From NCBI GenBank assembly GCA_951406725.2, contig OX597817.1, positions 159,712,001 through 159,776,000 on the forward strand: DNA of 64,000 bases, read 5' to 3'. The notes under the pieces were generated by a model. It did no database searches, was not told the DNA's origin, and saw only the letters and a list, made by a program, of their open reading frames with translations. Source of the DNA: Octopus vulgaris (lineage: Eukaryota). Shown here one piece after another: positions 25,560 through 38,562 of the stretch (the stretch's first letter is position 1; every line of letters begins with the position of its first letter). Both the position numbers and the translations under genes were made by a program.

Positions 25560-26848
25560 CGAGGGGCGTTCAATAAGTAATGCCCCTGACCCACTTCCCA
25601 TAGCAGTAGAGCAACGAAACTTGGAACAGTTATTAGTCTTTTTCTACATAGGAACCACTCAGAGTTACGCATTTCTCCCATCGTTTGATGCAGCTCTGAA
25701 GACAGTTTTGTAGAAGACCCCAGCTTGGTCCTCCAACCACGATGTGACTTCAGAAATCAAGGCTGCATCATCTGGGAAACGCTTTCCTTTCAAAAACAAC
25801 TTCATGGCTGGAAGAGGTGAAAATCAGAGGGTGCAAGGTCAGGAGAGTAGGGGGGATGGGGGATGAGTTCATAGCCGCACGCCTGTGCTTCTGATCTGGC
25901 GACACGTGAGTTGTGGATCAGAGTGTTGTCCTGCAGGAGGAGGATGCCTTTGCTGATCTTGCCCCGCCTCTTGATTTTGATAGCTTCTCTTAATTTCCTC
26001 AAAAGTGAAGCATAATAGACTCCTTAATTGTGGCACCCTTTGCCAGGAAATCTGTCTTCACTACTCTGTCCTGGACCCAGAAGACTGTAAGCATGACCTT
26101 ACCAGAAGAGGGCTGCATCCTTGCCTTCTTTGGAGGAGGTGAGTCACAGTGCTTCCACTGCATTGACTGGGCTTTGGTCTCTGGATCATAATGATGGACT
26201 CAGGTTTTATCCTATGCAATCAGTCTTTTGAAAAATTTTGACTCATCTTCTTGGCACACCTCCAAATTCATCCTCGAGCAATCGACGCGTTCTTGCTTCT
26301 GGAAAGGTGTGAGCAACCTGGGAATCCATCTGGCAGACACATTTTGCATATGCAAATGGTCATGAATGATAGTTTCCACAGACCTGGTACTAATCTTGAC
26401 CTCATGGGCTATTTGGCGAATAGTTATGCGTCGATCTTCCAAAATGGCAGCCTCAACTTGACAGACAGATGCCTCATCAATGGCAGAAGGGGGCGACCAG
26501 ATCTGAGAGCTGTTTCCACAGAGTTCCGACCATGTTTGAATTCACGATGCCAGCGTTTTACAAGGTCATATGATGGGGCATCATCACCATAAGTTTCTTT
26601 CATTTCATCAAAAGTCTCCCGTGGTGTGTGTCCTTTCAAATACAAAAACCGGATCACTGCTCGACACTCAACGTGCTCCATTTCACACTTGACGCAGTTC
26701 AAACACCTGTAAATCGGAAACCACAATTAGTTCAGAGCTGTAATTTGCCACTTAATCTATAGAGATATAAATAATTGCACATGCAAAATTTCAGCTAGAT
26801 CAAACAACTGCAAGTGGGTCAGAGGCATTACTTATTGAACGCCCCTCG
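25560..26848 (-). mobile_element. Full-length mariner transposon (1289 bp)
   Basis: About 37-bp TIRs CGAGGGGCGTTCAATAAGTAATGCC(C/T)CTGACCCACTT and TA TSD. Confidence 0.97.
25633..26681 (-). pseudogene. Mariner transposase, frameshifted and with stops
   Basis: MEHVECRAVIRFLYLKG, RSGRP, WIPRLL, LLQDN and HPPYSPDLAPSDFHLF motifs across several frames. Confidence 0.93.
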
Positions 26849-26966
26849 TATATATGTATATATATATATATGTATGTATATATATATGTATATATACATG
26901 TATGTATATATGCATGTATATATATCTGCATATATGTCTATAATATGTATATGTATATATGTATGT

Positions 26967-27000
<34 letters not shown>

Positions 27001-27420
27001 ATATATGTATGTATATATGTGTGCATATATGTCTATAATATGTATATGTATATATGTAAATATATGTATATATATATGTATATCTATGTATATGTATATG
27101 TATATGTATATATATGTGTGTATATGTATATATGCATACATATATGTATATGTATATATATATATATTCTATTATCTGTTTATATGTATATATGCATATA
27201 TATATGTATATGTATATATATATATGTGTATATGTATATATGCATATATATATGTATATATGCATATATATATATGTATATATTTATATTTATATACATA
27301 TGTATATATATGTATATATATATATATATATATGTAAATATATGTATACATATATGTATATCTATCTCTCTATCTATCTACCTATTTATATATATATTTC
27401 CTATTTATATATATATATAT
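26849..27420. repeat. Compound TA/TATG microsatellite
   Basis: Low complexity. Confidence 0.95.
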
Positions 27421-27573
27421 ATCATCATCGGTTAATGTCCACTTTCCATGCTGGCATGTGTTGGACCGTTTGACTGAGGATTGGCGAGCCAGATGGCTGT
27501 ACCAGGCTCCAATCTGATCTGGTAGAGTTTCTACAGCTGGATGCCTTTCCTAATGCCAATGCCCTTCCTAACG

Positions 27574-27576
<3 letters not shown>
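27421..27576 (-). mobile_element. RTE 3'-tail fragment
   Basis: Reverse complement of the RTE tail. Confidence 0.85.
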
Positions 27577-27622
<46 letters not shown>

Positions 27623-28454
27623 AAAGAAAAACATACATTGCAAAAAAATTATGTATGATAAAGATGATAATGCTGGCAATCATTTTCAAGTCACAATTTC
27701 TAGAAGAAGACTTTTTGTCAGTTCAGAACTGGCCTTATTTCAAGCTTCAGTAATTTGTATACGTTTTTGTTTTACTTTTCCTTGATTTTTCTCTTAAAAA
27801 ACATACCCTCGATCTGTGTATAATCGATAATTTGATACACATATATATGAGAAAGATGTTTCATTTTCCACAGCGAATTATTGTTAGATGGTCTTCATAG
27901 GAACTAAGTAACAAACAATATCTTTATTTTGTAGTTGTCTTAAACAATACTCAATGAAAAATCATGAAAGAATTGGTTTTCTTTAATAGCAGTTATTGTA
28001 CTGTAAATGTGTATAATGCAAATGATACTGATATAACTAGAATATTTGCAATATTTGTTGCTTTTGTAGGCAACTAGTAAGACTGTTTCATAATATCTAT
28101 GTGTGGAAACAATCAATATTTTAAGTTACCTTATTTTTTTTTTTAAATATTGTACACCTAAATGCATATTGAAAAAATAGAGGAAGAGTTTACAATGTTA
28201 TCCAAGCCATTTTCCATTAATGCATAAACAACTTGCCTTAGCTAAATGGTCATATGTAAATTTGGAAGAAAATGATCATAATTTATGTATGGGTTGTGCA
28301 TGAAATAAAGAAAACATGTTCTATCTCAACAAAAGAAATTGTAATATCGAGTAAAATGTATTTGAAATATAGATAGAAATATAATGTAGTAAAAAATTGT
28401 TCATGTACATGTCTGTAACTATCAAATTATCTTCAGCATTTTTGTTTATATTAG

Positions 28455-28502
28455 ATTTCCAGTCATGAAGCAGAGTTAAATTGCAGTGGAATATTATTAA
28501 AG
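28455..28502 (+). other. Candidate 48-nt host exon (ISSHEAELNCSGILLK)
   Basis: T-rich tract plus AG acceptor, AAG|GTGTGA donor, phase-0 frame open while the other two frames have stops; decayed paralog near 22378. Confidence 0.3.
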
Positions 28503-28733
28503 GTGTGAATACTCAGTTTCAACTGGTTTATTGTGAACAAGAGTTTTACGTGTGTGTGTGTGTGTGTGCATGTGTGTTTCTGTGTTTGTATATGAAAGAG
28601 TGAGAGAAAAGCGTATGTGTATACATACAGTGTTAAACTCAATTTTGTGGCCACCTATAAAATATTGGTTGTGCACTATACAGTAAATGTTTGATTATGG
28701 AAATGCACTGTTAGATTTGGAAATGCACCGTTT

Positions 28734-28773
<40 letters not shown>

Positions 28774-29747
28774 TTAGTGGTTGGGGTGGGGTTACTTGTG
28801 TTGTTTATAAATAATTGCTTCAGTTCTTGTGTAAAAATGTTGAGAAGCTGAAATACTGACAATGCTACAAATATTGTATGAGAATAAAAAAAAAATGAAA
28901 AAAAAAAAAAAAACTATTGTTGTTAGTACTGTTACTGTTGTGGTTGTTGTTATGGTGTTGGCAGTGGTGTTGGTGTTGGTGTTGGCGTTGGTGTTGCTGG
29001 AGACAGAGTGGTGGTTGGCAAAACAATGCAACTGCTAGCACTCAGTAGTGGATCTGAGTTTGTGTAAGAAAAAGGAGGAAGCAGTGTCAGGTGTATTATG
29101 CACATGTGGAGTATTGATTAGAACGAAGCTAAAGGACATTGCTAGTTTAGTTGTATCACCTAAACACAAGGACAACAGCAGCAGCAGCAGCACCACCACC
29201 ACCACCACCAGAAACTGCACATATAGCTACTATGGATAAAGCAATCTAAATATAATCAATGTTTCTTGTACAAGTCTTTACTTCTTTATTTTCTTTCCTT
29301 TTCTTTCTTTTTTTTTTTCCTGACTGTGCAATGTGCACTCTTGGGAGTCCGAGTAGATTGCATGTTACAAGTAGGCAGAGTAGTACTGGAACCAGAACTT
29401 CAGGATTTGGAGAATGTAATTTCAAACGACTGAGAAATAATGTGTTACCAATTTTGTTTCTATAGAGAAGTGGTGAATTAAATTATGGTGTAACCTTCTG
29501 AAAGGAATTTTAGACATTTGTAGTTTGATTGTGAATAATATAGGAGTACAGGCATGGTTGTGTGATAAGAATTTTTTCCTCCAAACCACATGGTTTTATG
29601 TTCAATCCCACCTCTTGGCTCATTGGACAAGTGTCTCCTGCTATAGTCCTGGGCTGACCAAAGCTTTGTGAATGGATTTGGTTGATGGAAACTGTAAGGA
29701 AATCTGTTGTATATGAATATGTGTGTGTGTGTATGTATATGTATGAA

Positions 29748-29787
<40 letters not shown>

Positions 29788-30061
29788 GCCACGTGCCCTA
29801 GAGGTTAAGCTGTTGCACTCATGATTGCTAGATCATAGTTTTGATTTGATTCCCTGAGCTGCCTGTGTGTTGTGTTCTTGAGCAAGACACTTCATTTCAC
29901 GTTGCTCCAGTACCCCTTTCGATCAGGGAAGAATATTGGCCTGCTACCCTAGCCAGTGGGGTGATGTCATTTGAAGACTAAAGCAATACAAATGCACATT
30001 GTGACCAGTGATGTGTAACAGCATTTGATAGCCTGGTCAATTATGTGATCAAGTGATATAA

Positions 30062-30930
30062 ATGTAGGCTGATCAATAATTATCCGGACCATTGCCATAA
30101 TAACGAAACTAAAGCATGCAGAATAAATCTGCCTGGCACAAATTGACCTTGAACTCTGCTGTGCATGTATACTAAGTTTTAACATTCTAGCTCACTTCTG
30201 TTGTTTACAGCTGTGCTTGGAAGGAAGGTGTATAGCTTGTGATCATTGCATTGATCACGACAGAGAAAGTTGAGTAGTGAATCTGCATCAAATTTTGCCA
30301 AAAGGTTGGTGATACCTGCTCAGATGCCTACGCAATTTTCAAAAAGTTTTCATCATTCTCTACAGTCATGGAGATCTTGTGCAACTGAAACCCGAGTAAC
30401 TTTTTGGTCAACTGAAAGCTGTTTTGGCATAAACTTGGCAGAGACACATTTCATACTCAAATCTTCAGTGATAATGGACTGAATTGAATTATAACTAATC
30501 TGGATAATTAATGGATAGTGATTCGGCAATTTTCCCTCACAGCTGCATACACATCTGTGATGTTTTTCTCAGTTCTGCTGGTTGCAGGTCTCCCAGAATG
30601 TTCATCAATATCAACATTTTTTCTGCCATTTTGGAAACATCTGAACCACTCGTACACTTGTGTGTGACTCATGCACTCTTCTCCATACACTTTCTGCAAC
30701 TTTGAGCAGGTATCGCCATGATAACTTTCTCCCATGGTCATTGCAATGATCACACACTACACACCTTCCTTCTAAGCATTGCTGTAAACAGCGGAAGTGA
30801 TATAGAATATCAAAACTTAGTTTGCATGCACAACAGAGTTTAAGGTCAATATTTGCCAAGAGCCTTCACTCTGCATGTTTTAGCTTCATTACTATGACAA
30901 AGTCCGGATACTTATTGATCAGACCACGCG
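30062..30930. mobile_element. Mariner derivative built from two 5' ends in inverted orientation
   Basis: 30062-30350 (+) and 30351-30930 (-) both begin with the CTGATCAATAA.TATCCGGAC TIR and run into the transposase N-terminus (QVYEWFRCFQNGRK...SGRP). Confidence 0.85.
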
Positions 30931-31109
30931 TAGGCGTGTGCGTGCATGTGTGTATGTGTATAATAATTGTTTTGGGGGATTGAATTTTGAAGTGCATTTA
31001 TCCCTTTTGTTACCATATTTCTGTTGAGATACTCTGTGTTTCCTTCAATTAATTTTAAATATAACAAAGAATTTAGTAAAATAACTTAATTATCATTAAG
31101 TTAGCGTTA

Positions 31110-32200
31110 GGAACAGCATGTCAGGTTGCTCTTGAGTGCTACTGGTAACATGTAATCCAGTACAACCTGTTGCATGGTCAGGTCATTGGTGACTAAACTG
31201 GTAACCCCACCAGGCTTGCTTGGTGAGGGGAGGGTGTTGTTGGACACCCTGCGGGATGAAAAATAAGATCTGTCAAAGGGTGGATGAACTGCTTGCCCCA
31301 CATGGGGAAGGGCCTACAAAATGTGGATCAGAAAAAGCTCATCCTCACTTGCTTGACTGAGTAACCACTCCTAGCAGTTTTCTCCAAACATGCAGTTGAA
31401 GCCAAGCATCAAAATTGAAAAAGAAAAAGAAACCCTCAAACCTCATCCTTGCATGTTAGAATGTTCGCACCCTCCTTGGTGACATTTCACATGATGAGCC
31501 AGACACTCGACGGCCCCTGCAACACACTGCTCTTGTAGCCACCGAACTCAAGTGCTACAACGTCGACATTGCTGCACTCAGTGAGACTCATTTCTCTGAT
31601 GAGGGTTCCCTCACTGAAGAAGCTGGTAGATACACCTTCTGGAAAGGACATCCTTCTAGGATGCCCCATCTGCATGGGGTTGGTTTTGCAATCAAGAACA
31701 GCCTATTGCAGAAAATTCCTGGAGTTCCCTCCTGTATCAGTGAGCACCTGATGACAATCAAAGTCCCACTTTTGAACAAACGTTTTGTGACAATTTTCAG
31801 CTTTTATGGACCAACTCTCAACTCTGATGAAGAGATAAAAGACGCCTTCTATGATTCTCTGCATACTGCCATTTGGAAAATCTCCCAGTCAGACAAGATT
31901 GTACTCATGGGTGACTTCAATTTCTGTGTTGGGTGTGACAATACCATCTAGAAAGGGATCCTCGGCCCTTATGGCACAGGGAAAATGAACGCTAATGCAC
32001 AGAGACTACTTACCTTCTGCTCTAAGTATGACCTATGCATCACTAACACCCTCTTTCAACAGCGAAACATTTACAAGATGTCATGGATGCACCCATGTTC
32101 CAAACAGTGGCATCTCCTAGACTACATCATTGTCTGTTGTCAAGACATGGGTGATGTCCTCCATACTTGCGCAATGCGGGGATCAGATTGCTGAACAAAC
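31110..32200 (+). mobile_element. RTE 5' UTR and AP-endonuclease pseudogene
   Basis: NVRTL, DIAALSETHF, GVGFAI, GDFN and WMHPCSKQWHLLDYII motifs with stops and frameshifts. Confidence 0.9.
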
Positions 32201-32202
32201 TG

Positions 32203-32456
32203 AATGTGGCCAATGCCAGTGCTGCCTTGACTGGCTTCCATGCCAGTGGCACGTAAAAAGCACTGACCGATCGTGGCTGTTGCCAGCCTCCTCTGGCACA
32301 TAAAAAGCACCCACTACACTCATGGAGTGGTTGGCATTAGGAAGGGCATCCAGCTGTAGAAACACTGCCAGATCAGACTGGAGCCTGGTGCAGCCTCGAA
32401 CCGTCCAGCCCATGCTAGCATGGAAAATGGACATTAAACGATGATGATGATGATGA
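32203..32456 (+). mobile_element. RTE 3'-tail insertion
   Basis: Tail family with (GAT)n. Confidence 0.9.
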
Positions 32457-32751
32457 TATTTTTATATGTATGTATATATATTTATATCACAAAATGTCAG
32501 GAAGTTTGAGAGGTAAATATATTTCTTTGACCACTTGACATCCTTCGAATTTCAGTCATTTCTCAGCCTTCAGGATGTAGTAATACTTTCAGTGTGGAAT
32601 AAACTATGTATACATGAATATGCATGCTATGCAATATACAGTTTAATTGTATATTCACAAATCAATGCAAATAAAGAAAAATTAGCTCATCAGATCACTC
32701 AAATGTCATGGTAACACCAACAATTCCAGTCATTACTATATGGTCTGTTAA

Positions 32752-33950
32752 TGTTGTAGCGAGTGTGACACTCTCTGATGAGAATAGAGGGGATCACTAC
32801 ATACAGATAATAGTGGTCTGGCATAGTTGGCAGTTCATAGTTTGGTCTCCGAAATCCAGGTACAGTTTACAGTTCGAGTTAGTATGCTGGAAATATTGAT
32901 TGTTGGTTTGTAAAAGATTGTTGGTTCATTACGCGTTTCTTACTGCCACTGTTTCTATTTTGTATTGTTATAACACTGTTACAGTATGTTCTTATTCTAT
33001 TGTCGACAATATCAACTGTACCATGATATTGGAGGCGTAAGGATATAACATCTGGCGATGAGGATTTTCGAAGATCACATTGGTTATTTGACAATTTGTG
33101 CGTCATACAAATTGTTAAATTATGGAGATCCTATTAGGTGCAGTAATACAGCTTCCAGAGAAGCAACTGGAACAACTAAAGGAGTTGCAGAAGCAAATAT
33201 TACAACAACAACAACAGTTAATTGAGTTACAATCAAGGAAGTCCAAAAATTTGGTAAGTTCATTTACATCGTGGTGAACTTGATTTCTGAATTCACTTAT
33301 AATCCAGAGGAGGGTATTATGTTTCCTGCATACTATAGAAGGTATAAGAAAATTTTCAACAAAGATTGCACATCATGGTCAGATGAAGAGAAAGTGAGGC
33401 TATTACTACACAAAGTAGCTCCGGACAAGCATGAACACTACTGTAACTTTCTATTGCCCAAAAAGTCGAGTGAGATTAGTTTCTAAGAAACTATTGAATT
33501 ACCATTAAAGATCTTTTATGACAGAAGTTTGTTATTTAACACTTGAATGGAGTGTTGGAACTTAACAAAAAATGACAATGATGACTTTATTACATATGCC
33601 GGAGCAGTCAACTGTATGTTTGAAAACTTTAAACTTCAGGAACTCACTCAGAATATGTTTAAATCCCTTATCTTTATACAAGGCTTTATGGAAACTGAAG
33701 ATATGGAAATTCTGACAAGTATCCTCTCAAAAGTGGAGCAAGCAAACCAAGATCCTATAGACCATTCCAGAAGAATGTCAAACAATGGTAAACCTGAAGC
33801 ACGATGTGAAAAAAATTTAAGAGAAAGATTCTGCAAAAATACAGATGTGTCAACCCGGAAAGTTCCAAAATGATTCAAAAATAGAATTCCTGAAAACAAT
33901 AGATTCCAAAATTTAAAAACTGTTTTTTTTTATCGAAAAAACCTAAAAAG
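32752..33950 (+). mobile_element. Ty3/Gypsy relic: 5' LTR (32752-33050), PBS and decayed gag
   Basis: TGTTGTA...TATAACA LTR ends, PBS-like TGGCGATGAGGA at 33053, gag-like EFTYNPEEG...WSDEEKVRLLL...YCNFLLPKK (K02A2.6/Mag type). Confidence 0.85.
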
Positions 33951-33951
33951 T

Positions 33952-34500
33952 TTGAGTGTTTTCAACAAGCCAAGCTTCAGTAGAGCCTCAACATCAAATG
34001 GCAGGACCGACATACCAACAACAAAGTCCTCAATTGTTCAGAAATGCCAAACATTGAAGCTGCTATCCTCAAGTATGACTTCAGATTATCAGAACATATC
34101 TTCCATATGGTCCCCTTCAAAACTCCTGTGGGGCATCCTCTACAACAATCTCGTCCATGGCAAACAACATTGAGGAGCTCCAAAATGCAGATTCAAAGAC
34201 CATCTGAAGTCTTCTCTCCTTCAATCTGGAATCAGCCCTAACACCTGGGAAACAGAAGCCATTGACCGTCTATCCTGGTGAAGAGCAATTCATTTCGGCT
34301 GTTCCAGTTTTGAGGAGAGGAGAAAAACTGAAGAAGAAGCAAGAAGAAAGCAACTCCAGCCAAGACCATCACCCACCCTACCATGTGATCAATACCTGAA
34401 ACTGTTCCATTCCTGACTTGGCTTTCTGTGTCATGTCAGGTTTAAGCATAATTGAGGTACCGGATGAACCAAACTTGGAGACAAGTGGTGCTGATGATAT
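33952..34500 (+). mobile_element. Decayed RTE 3' fragment
   Basis: IKWQDRHTN, MPNIEAAILK and RFKDHLK remnants plus a terminal finger-like motif. Confidence 0.75.
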
Positions 34501-34603
34501 ATATATCTATATATGCCAGCTCCTGCCAATCTGATCGACCTGTGCCAGCATGGAAAATGGATGGTATATAATGATAATGATGATGATGATATATATAAAT
34601 GCC

Positions 34604-34732
34604 ATCATTCTCATCATCATCATCATCACCACCATCATCATCACCATCACCACCACCACCACCACCACCACCACCACCACCACCACCACCACCACCACTG
34701 CCACCACCACCACCACCACCACCACCACCACC

Positions 34733-34766
<34 letters not shown>

Positions 34767-34790
34767 TCATCATCACCATCATCATCATCA
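34604..34790. repeat. (CAT)n/(CAC)n microsatellite
   Basis: Trinucleotide runs. Confidence 0.97.
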
Positions 34791-35023
34791 CATATATATA
34801 TATATACAAGATGTTTGGATTAATACTTGACAGTTTGCATAAAAGGAAAAGAAAACAATATCCCATCCCCCCAAAATAAGAAAAGTTCAGAGAGCTGCAA
34901 CTGTTGCTGGTAATAAAGGTATTTTTTTCCCTGAGAGTGAAGGGCAAATTGTGTGATACTCGTGTTAGGACTGCGATACTGCATGGTAGTGAGACATGGG
35001 CCCTGAAAGCAGACAAGTACACA

Positions 35024-35255
35024 GTTAATTATGATAAGTACACTTACTGTGATAGATACCCTGTTAGCTGTGATATATGCATTATTAACTATAATAGGTA
35101 GACTATTAACTATGATAAGTACCGTATTAACTATGAAAGGTAATCTATTAACTGTAATAGATACACTATTATCTATAATAAATACATTAACCATGAAATC
35201 ACATGATCCATATCACATATATCATTAACTATGCTAGATATCATATTAACGAGAG
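35024..35255. repeat. 21-bp diverged minisatellite
   Basis: Unit approximately TTAACTATGATAAGTACACTA, about 10 copies. Confidence 0.8.
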
Positions 35256-37496
35256 ATATATTAAACCATACTTGCTAACAATATTAACCTCTATAAATAT
35301 ATAAACATACACCTACCCATGCATCTACAAGATTAGCATTCAAAGATGTAATTTTTGAAAAAAGCTGTCAAGTTTTATGGCACATTTGAAATAAGAAACC
35401 AGGATTTTAGAATGAGATTTGGTTGTACCCTAACAGTTGTTGCAGTCCATAAATGCAGGCAAGGATTGTGCTTCTGTTGTGCAGTTTGCAGTTACAGAAG
35501 AACTTCAACATGATCCAAATCAAGTTTGATGCTTTCATCTAATGTATATCTTATTCCCTGTTGTTTTCAATGTAACATCAATGCCAGCTACTCATATAAT
35601 AAACTCAGTGTTATTCATTAGATGTCTCCGAGTATTGTGTGTTTACATTGATTATTTGCTTACATCAGTTGGGATTTAAAACATTTCATAGATGTTATTT
35701 GGATTGCAGTTGTTATTTTTTTCATAATATATCCCCTCCTCCTCCTTCTCATCATCATCATCATCATCATCATTATTATTATTTGCATGATCTATTGATT
35801 AGATCTTTGAGGTAGAATGTGCACTGATAAACTATATTCACTGGAAGCGCTTGGCAACTCTATTCTGCACTTGTTTCAATTCATGACAGCTATATTGAGT
35901 AAACTTTCTCAATAGGAGATAAAAATCATCTATGCATTTCATTGCAGCTAGGTTCTGCACATTATTAAAAGCAGTTAAATACTGTATTTTGAAATGGCCT
36001 GTCATTGTGAATCAATTAATAATTGATCTAGAGAAAGTTTTTAAAAAAAAACTAAAAGAGACTCAAAAAGAATTATTGGTTATGTGAAATTCATATCCTA
36101 TGATTTATGATTTTTGATTTATGCTTATAGAGAGGTGCACTATTGCAGAACCTATCTAACCCATATAGACAAAAGATATATCAAAAGATAATAATGATTG
36201 GAGTATTGAAGTAGAAGTGCAAGTTTATGATAACAATGATGATGATAATGATGATGATTGTGATGATGGTGATGGTGATGGTGATGGTGATGATGATGAT
36301 GATGATGATGATGATGAGTTAGCTGTTGTTGTTTAGACTCAGGCCAGCTTTGATTGAAGGTATCTCTGTCGAAAGGCATTCTACTCATGACCATCCTTTT
36401 AATTTATTTTAGACTCCCATTTTTTATAAAGAGAGATATGGCTGCTGTTTCTAGCAATTTAAATAACTTGGTTGTAGCTCCCCTTCATTGGCTTAAGAGA
36501 TTTAGCTGCTATCTTTAACAAGTTATGCAAACATATAGCAGTCTCCTCACTGGCTTGCAGTTATGGTGATTTAGAATGATGATGGTGATGGTGATGATGA
36601 TGATGATGATGATGATGATATTTGTATAAATGCCTCATGATTTTCCCCTGATAAATACTTGATAGCAACTGATCTCTCTTTGATGATGTAGAATTGGTTT
36701 TTGGAAATTTTTTCTTTTTCTTTACGCATCCAATCTATCAACTCAAGCTTTGCAGATTGAGCACTGATAAACAATATTCATAGATGAATGTTCTTTAGTA
36801 TTAATCCACACCTTAGACTAGTGATGGCCTTCCTTCTTTGTTACCGGTTTATCTGATTCCAGAAAGTTCTAAAACATCCCACTTGAACCTACTTAAGTTC
36901 TGCCTGCTTCCTGTACTCATGAAAATAGTAACACTCTGCTTCCAAACACTTGTATGCAAAATTTGGATCAACATATGTGACTAGCTTCATGTCTCTTTTC
37001 ATCCACAGAACAACAATCACAAGCTGTTAACTTAGCCCCACTCTCTCCCCCACTTCTTTCTTTCCTTCTTTCTTTCGATTTTCACACATCCAATTGTTAT
37101 TTTGGAGTTTGTTGAACACTCAAACATTGTTCTAATCTAGAGAGATTATCCGTATGTGGTGTATGTTTTGACTACACATGCACTTAGATTTAGAATCCTG
37201 TATCTACAAGGTCTTGGTTCAGTCCCACTGTCTGGCACCTTAGTTAAGTGTCTTCTACTATAGATCTTTAGCCCTGAGCCAGCCAAAATCTTGTTAATGT
37301 ATTTAATTGATAGAAACTGAAAGAAGCTCATGACATATATATATATACACACACACATAAATATATATATATATATATATATATGTTATATTGCTAAATT
37401 GTTACCTGACTTAATTATTATATGTATGTATGTACGGATGGATGCATGCATGTATGTATGCATGCATGTATGTATGTATGTATGTATGTATGTATG

Positions 37497-37527
<31 letters not shown>

Positions 37528-37949
37528 ACATATACACATATAGGGAAAATTCATTAAAAAAAAAAGACGAAGACAGGTGGTATAGACAACAAACAGATGT
37601 ATTAGTTTAATGCTCGGGAAGTGAAAAAGTTTTTAATGTTTCGAGCATACGCTCTTCCACAGAAAAGAACACAGAAAGAAACAAGGTGAGAAAATAAAGA
37701 ATGTGTAGTGGCTAACGATCTATCATGGTTTTTATATATACTTTTAAGAAAAGAACATGGAGATAAGGAAGTTAATTGTTTGTTATTATCAAATTGATCA
37801 TATTCGCTTCTTCAGCTGTTTCAATTAATACGCAATAATTTAATTACAAATTTGTACATTAAATTTGCAATTATGTGACATGAGTATAATTTCATCAGAG
37901 AAAAAAAAGATGTAACTTTGGATGTAATATATAGGCCTATCACTATTTG

Positions 37950-38298
37950 GATCAACATTCACTAATATCGACATTTTTCTGCCATCTTGGAAACCTCTGA
38001 ACCACTCGTACACTTGTGTGTGGTTCATACACTCCTCTCCACACACTTTCTGCAACTTTGCATAGGACTCTGAGCAGGTATCACCATGACAACTTTCTCT
38101 GTCATGGTCAATGCAACAATCACACACTACACACCTTCCTTCCAAGCGTTGCTGTATACAGCTGAAGTGTGCAAGAACATTAAAACTTAGTGCACATGCA
38201 CAGCAGAGTTCAAGGTCAATCTTTGCCAAGCGGCTTCACTCTATGCTTTAGCTTCATTACTATGGCAACAGTCCAGATACTTATTGATCAGACCCCTT
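37950..38298 (-). mobile_element. Mariner 5' fragment, same family as 30062-30930
   Basis: Same TIR and QVYEWFRGFQDGRK. Confidence 0.88.
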
Positions 38299-38562
38299 AT
38301 ATTTACAGTGTACATTTATTTTACACTGTCAGATTGGATAATGTACTTGATTAAAAGTACAGTACTGTATTTATTCCTCTGTCTTTTGTGATGTAATTGT
38401 TGATATTAGCCACTCCTAACATAACCTAACCTTAGTGTTGGTATCTACGGGAAATCAATTTCCTACTTCGGTACTTCAGACCACTTTTGGTCTGTAGTAC
38501 TGAGGTATGAGTGTGCATGTGTGTGTGTGTGTGTGTGTTTTGTGTATGTATGTGTGTGTGTG

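Noticed and set aside
34507-34879. Poly-His/Pro/Thr/Val ORFs (also 52434-53040)
   Set aside because: Trinucleotide repeats open in all frames, with no splice or domain support.
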